Source of the DNA: Octopus sinensis
Lineage: Eukaryota
Direction: 5' to 3'
Length of the DNA stretch: 64,000 nucleotides
Assembly (NCBI RefSeq): GCF_006345805.1
Contig: NC_043021.1
Span: 12,338,001 to 12,402,000, forward strand
Part shown: in pieces, positions 59,100-64,000 of the stretch
How the letters are laid out: each line of letters starts with the position of its first letter
Position numbering within the stretch: position 1 is the stretch's first letter
The notes under the pieces: model-generated
What the model was told of the DNA's origin: nothing
The model's input: only the letters and a program-made list of their open reading frames with translations
Databases searched by the model: none
Made by a program: the position numbers and the translations under genes

Positions 59100-60478
59100 T
59101 TAATCAATAGTACTCTCCATTGTGAAGGCGCATGGCTCAGTGGTTAGAGTGTCGATCTTACGACCGTGAGATTGTGAGTTTGAATCCTGGACCGGGCTGT
59201 GTGTTGTGTTCTTGAGCAAGACACTTTATTTCGCATTGCTCCAGTTCACTCAGCTGCAGAAATGAGTTGCATTATCACTGGTGCCAATCTGTATTGGCCT
59301 TTGCCTTTCCTTTGGATAAAATCGGTGGTGTGGAGAGGGGAGTCTGGTATGCATGTGCAATTGCTGGCCTTCTATAAACAAACTTTCCCAGACTTGTACT
59401 TGGAGGGTATCTTTCTAGGTGCAATCCCATGGTCATTCATGACCGAAGGGGGTCTCCGCACTCTCCATTGTTGTTTACAACTTCCTCCTATGATTCAATA
59501 AGTTTTTCGATGCCTCAACTTACAAACCTCCAGGTCTTGACTCAAAGAATTTGGCGAACCAAGCCTTCAATTCCATGTAATTATTGAACAATACACTATG
59601 TAAAACATTCGAAAGTGATTGAAAGAGATGAAAATCTAATGGCGCCAAGTCTGGAGAGTATGGAGGATGAGGCAGCACTTCTCGTTCGAGTTCTTGAATC
59701 ATGGCTTTGGTCATATTGGCAAAGTGAGGACGGCGTTGTCATGTTGCGGAAGAACTCCATTTTACATATTCCAGTCTTTTTTGCTGAATAGCTTCATTGA
59801 GTCGGTGCTGTTGTTGAGTGTAGAGTGTTTGGTTGTGCTCAAGCAGATTGTAAGGAATTATGCCCTCCTAGTCCCACCATACACACAACATGGTCTTTTG
59901 AGGATGAAGGTCTTGTTTTGCTCATGGAGTCGCTTGTTTGTCAGGGCTGAGCCATTCTTTTCATTGTTACGTCTTAGAGGAAAGGCACCATTTTTCATTG
60001 CCAGTGACAATGCGGTAAAGAAAACACTGTTTGTGACTATGTGTTGAGTGATGTCGAGTGAGCAGACTGGCAGCAATTTTGGAGTGTTGATTTTTGTTGT
60101 TTTCACTCAAAGTGTGTGGCACCCAAGTGCCTAGTTTCTGAACCTTGCTCGTTGAGTGAAGGTGGTTCACCACTGTCTTTTATCACAGTCCATCTGCTTC
60201 ACCAATTCTCTGGTTGTTTGATGTGGATTTTCGTAAAGAAGTTGATTCAATCACTCTTCATCAAACTCAATTGGTCAACCGGTGTGTGATCCATCCTTAA
60301 GGTCCAAATTCCTATTTTTGAAGCATGAAGACCAACAGCAGGCAGCACTTTGAAGCATTGCTCCTTCTCTGTACACAGCACAAATCTCACAAGCAGCTTC
60401 AGTGGCCTTAACACCTCAATTAAATGCAAAAAGCAAATGGTGTCGAAAATACTCAGTTTTATCCACTTGACATTCCAT
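59100..60478 (-). pseudogene. Mariner transposase pseudogene
   Basis: MECQVDKTEYFRHHLLF start; WVPHTL, IVTGNEKW and HPPYSPDLAPLDFHLF motifs; C-terminal NNNGEY once the SINE is removed; multiple stops and frameshifts. Confidence 0.92.
59124..59459 (+). mobile_element. Family-D SINE nested in the mariner with 12-bp TSD
   Basis: ACTCTCCATTGT at 59112-59123 and 59460-59471. Confidence 0.9.
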
Positions 60479-60925
60479 TTTAATGACCTGAAAGTACACA
60501 AAAATCAATAAAATAAAAAAAATAAAAATACATTATCTTGTAGAGCAAAAAATTCTCTTTTAATATAAAACATTTTGTGAATGCGTTTTATTTTTGCGTT
60601 CATTTTTAAATTTGAAAAAAAAATGCTCATGAATTATTCCTCAACCCAATAAACAGCACCCACTAACATTCTCAGAGTGGTTGGTCCAAGGAAGGGCATC
60701 CAGCTGTAGAAACCAAGCCAAAACCAGATTGGATCTTGGTGCAGTAGTCTGGCTTACCAGTTCCAGTCAAACTGTCTAACCCATGCCAGCATGGAAAGCA
60801 GATGCTAAATGATGATGATGATTGACCTGAAGAAAAGGTTTTTTTTTTTCATAATGTAATCAAAATCATTCGTCAATAAAAATTGTGTCTGAAATAGCTG
60901 TAGTGAACCTTTAACCCATTTGTGT

Positions 60926-60991
<66 letters not shown>

Positions 60992-62550
60992 ATATATGTA
61001 TATATACGTGTGTGTGCATGTGTGCGTGCATGTGTGTGTGTGTGTATAATTGATTTATCAATAAGTTTCCTTAAATTGCACAATGAAAAACACCAATACG
61101 TTAATTGAAAAAAAAATGACTTAATAATTTATTAGTTTTGTTTTTTATTCAATAATGGAGGCAACTGTTACTTTAAACTTTTGACATGACTGGCTTTACC
61201 TACACCACCCCCATACACGCACACATGTGCATCAATTTTGACTGCGTAATACAGCTATTTTCACAAGAGTGTTATAGTAAAAACAAAAATGGCCACCACT
61301 CTCAATTGTTTATGATCTGATAACATATACCATGCTTTTGCTAATTGTTCTAGGTGCTTATCTAATCTCAAGGGGACATAGACACCAGCCCCTTCTACCC
61401 TCCCATCCCTTGAACCCGGAGCAATATCAAGGATGTGAGAGTAGGATGGAGAAAGGGTTGAAGGAGTATCAGGCCGGTACTCAGTTTCACCTGAGTAGAC
61501 TGTAACAATGCAAAATGAATGCCTTGCTCAATCAACACAAATCCCTGCCCAATCCAGGAATTCAGCACACTACCTCATGGTCTTGAAGCCATTACTGTAA
61601 TCACTAAGGCCACAGTTGATTCAAACAATCCTGCAGTGGTGGGAAGCAATGGCAGAATGGTTAGCATGCCAGGCAAAATTCTTAGCGGTATTTCGTCTGC
61701 CGCTACATTCTGAGTTCAAATTCCGCCGAGGTCGACTTTGCCTTTCATCCATTCAGGGTCGATAAATTAAGTACCAGTTACGCACTGGGGTCGATGTAAT
61801 CGACTTAATACCTATGTCTGTCCTTGTTTGTCCCCTCTGTGTTTAGCCCCTTGTGGGTAATAAAGAAATAGGTAATCCTTGTGGATTTTAATTCTTGTCT
61901 TGCAAGTTTCTTGATGACCATACCAGTAATGGTGTTGCAAAAAAAAAAAAACAGCCCCATACACATTGTAATGGGGTTGGTTTTAGGAAGGGCATCCAGT
62001 CATAGAAACCATGCCAAAGCTGATGCTGGAGCTTGGTACAGTCCTGCAGCTCATTGCATCCTGACAAACTGTCCAACCCATGCCTGCATGGAAAACAGAC
62101 ATTAAATGTTGATGATGCTAGATAGAGAAAAATCTGAATGTAAAGAGACGTTTTGTTTGCCAATCTACAGACTATATTCTTTTGTTTTGTTTTGTTTTGT
62201 TTTTTTGCTGGTTTCAATCATAGGTTTACGACCAGCCTGGAGTGGGGTGGGGTTAAGCCAAGATATATTTTGACAAACATCAGTTTTACATTAGACACAG
62301 ATGCAGATATGGTTGTGGACTCACACATACACACACACATACACACTTATACACACACAGGTACACATACATACATATACATACATACACACACTAAAGC
62401 ATACACACACACACACACTTCTCTGCAGTTTCCATCAAAAATTCCCACTATAAGACCATTGTCTAATCCAAGGCCACGGTCAGAGACACTTGCTCAAGGG
62501 GCTGTGCAGTAGGACTGAACGATTTTGTCATTGACAGTGGCTGTGTCTGT

Positions 62551-62985
62551 TTTGGCATGGATTTTACAGCTGGATGTCCTTCCTAACGCCAACCACCCCA
62601 TAGTGTGGACTGAGTGCTTTTTACGTGGCACCAGCACAAGTGAGGTCAGTTTTGGTATGGTTTTTTCAGCTGGATGCCCTTCCAAACACCAACCACCTTG
62701 CGGAGTAGACTGGATGCATTTTACATGGTACCAGTACAGGCGAGGTCAGTTTTGGAATGGTTTTTACAGCTGGATGCCCTTCCAAACACTGACCACCTTG
62801 CAGAGTGGACTGAATGCTTTTTACATGGTACCGGTACAGGCGAGGTCAGTTTTAGCATAGTTTTTCAGCTGGATGCCCTTCCAAACATTGACCACCCTGC
62901 AGAGTGGACTGGATGCTTTTTACATGGCACCAGTAAAGGTGAGGTCAATTTTTGGCATGGTTTTTACAGCTGGATGCCCTTCTAA
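62551..62985 (-). repeat. Tandem array of ~4.3 x 100-bp units derived from the RTE 3'UTR (family C)
   Basis: Unit starts at 62551, 62651, 62751, 62851, 62951 (TTTGGCATGG...GCTGGATGCCCTTCC...GAGGTCAGT). Confidence 0.92.
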
Positions 62986-64000
62986 ACATGAAGAGACATG
63001 TATTTAAAAAGGTGTTTCAAGTATGTTTCTTTCACCCTGTATTAGAAAACACTTATTTTAGAATATTGGTGATTTTGATTAAAAACAAGGACAATATCTT
63101 TAAACAATATGTTGCTTGAAAAATAAAAAAACAACATATTTTATTATTATTATTATTACATAATTAAAGCAATATATATTATTGCTCATAAAGGTGCAGG
63201 CAATGCTGTGTGGTTAAGAAGCTTTTTTAGCAACCATGTGGTATTGGGTTCAGTCCCATTGTGTAGCCCCTTGGGCAAGTGTCTTCTACTATAGCCCTGA
63301 GCCAACCAATGCCTTGTGAGTGAATTTGGTAGATGAAAACTGTGTGTAAGCTCACACACACACACACACACACTACTTGACAACCGGCATCGGTTTCTTT
63401 ACATCCCTATACTATAGCAGTTTGAGTAAAGCGACCAATAAAATAAGTACCAGGCGTTAAAAAATTAGTAATTACTGGAGTAGATTTGTTTGACTAAACC
63501 CTTCAAGGCAGTACCCCAGCATGGCCACAGTCCAATTACTGAAACAAAGACAGAAGATATATTTTCTTCTTTTCCACTAACAGACCTTCTCAGTGAAATT
63601 GCATAGTTTTTGCATAAAACCACAGAATGTTTTCAAAGTTCGTCGAAAATTTTGTTCTAATTAGATTTTAAAAAAACTTGGCAGTTTTAGCGGAAACTTC
63701 TTTTGAACATCTTCATCTTGTTCTGCTGCTTTACATCCTTACTTCTCTTGCAATTTTTTTTTTATATTTTTATTTTATTTTTTTTTTAATATCTTTCCTT
63801 CCTATATAGTGTGACATAACAAACAAGTAAACAAAAAATTAATTATATTAGTTTTGAATCGTTAAAAACAAAAATAGAAGACATAAACCAAAGAAAGATT
63901 CTTGGTAAAGTATGACTTCTCGATCAATAGCCATTTTTATTTTTATTTCTTATATTCAATTTTTTTAAATTTGATATTGAAATGTATGCCAATATATTGA

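Larger units (their letters stand above)
59030..60651 (-). mobile_element. Full-length decayed mariner (Tc1/mariner) with TIRs and TA target duplication
   Basis: TIR TA-TTGGGTCAGGGAATAATTCATGAG at 59030 and its complement CTCATGAATTATTCCTCAACCCAA-TA ending 60651. Confidence 0.92.
58488..60822 (+). mobile_element. Decayed RTE LINE 3' end (RT C-terminus + 3'UTR) split by a mariner insertion
   Basis: Translation SLRVKGRLYDASVQTAMLHSSETW...CVKKCQFLTVEGTCGRGRARKTWDK; UTR continues after 60651 to a (GAT)n tail. Confidence 0.85.

Noticed and set aside
62551-62985. CRISPR-like array
   Set aside because: Whole 100-bp units are homologous with no unique spacers; eukaryotic RTE-derived sequence.

Overview
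This is animal genomic DNA, very AT-rich and saturated with repeats; the SINE/RTE repertoire and (TA)n/(TATG)n content point to an octopus-like cephalopod (inference). The only gene I recognise is SARM1 (+). One large coding exon (ATG 583 to a GT donor at 2065; 494 codons) encodes an acidic/Ser-rich N-terminal extension plus most of the ARM domain. I found no further SARM1 exon, so about 62 kb is read as intron. That intron holds a ~5.8-kb TA/TATG microsatellite, dozens of tRNA-derived SINEs, RTE LINE 3' ends, a decayed mariner with TIRs, MITEs, a probable Penelope-like RT remnant and several long palindromes. Two things stand out. (1) Several minimal hammerhead-ribozyme (HHR) motifs occur, including a tRNA-headed SINE that carries an HHR and sits as an inverted pair at 39.7-40.1 kb. 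(2) A clean, codon-biased terminal exon of an unidentified gene lies on the minus strand at 27546-27695, nested in the SARM1 intron and missed by the ORF track. Nearly all other listed ORFs are microsatellite or SINE artefacts. Repeat boundaries were read by eye and are approximate unless TSDs/TIRs are quoted.
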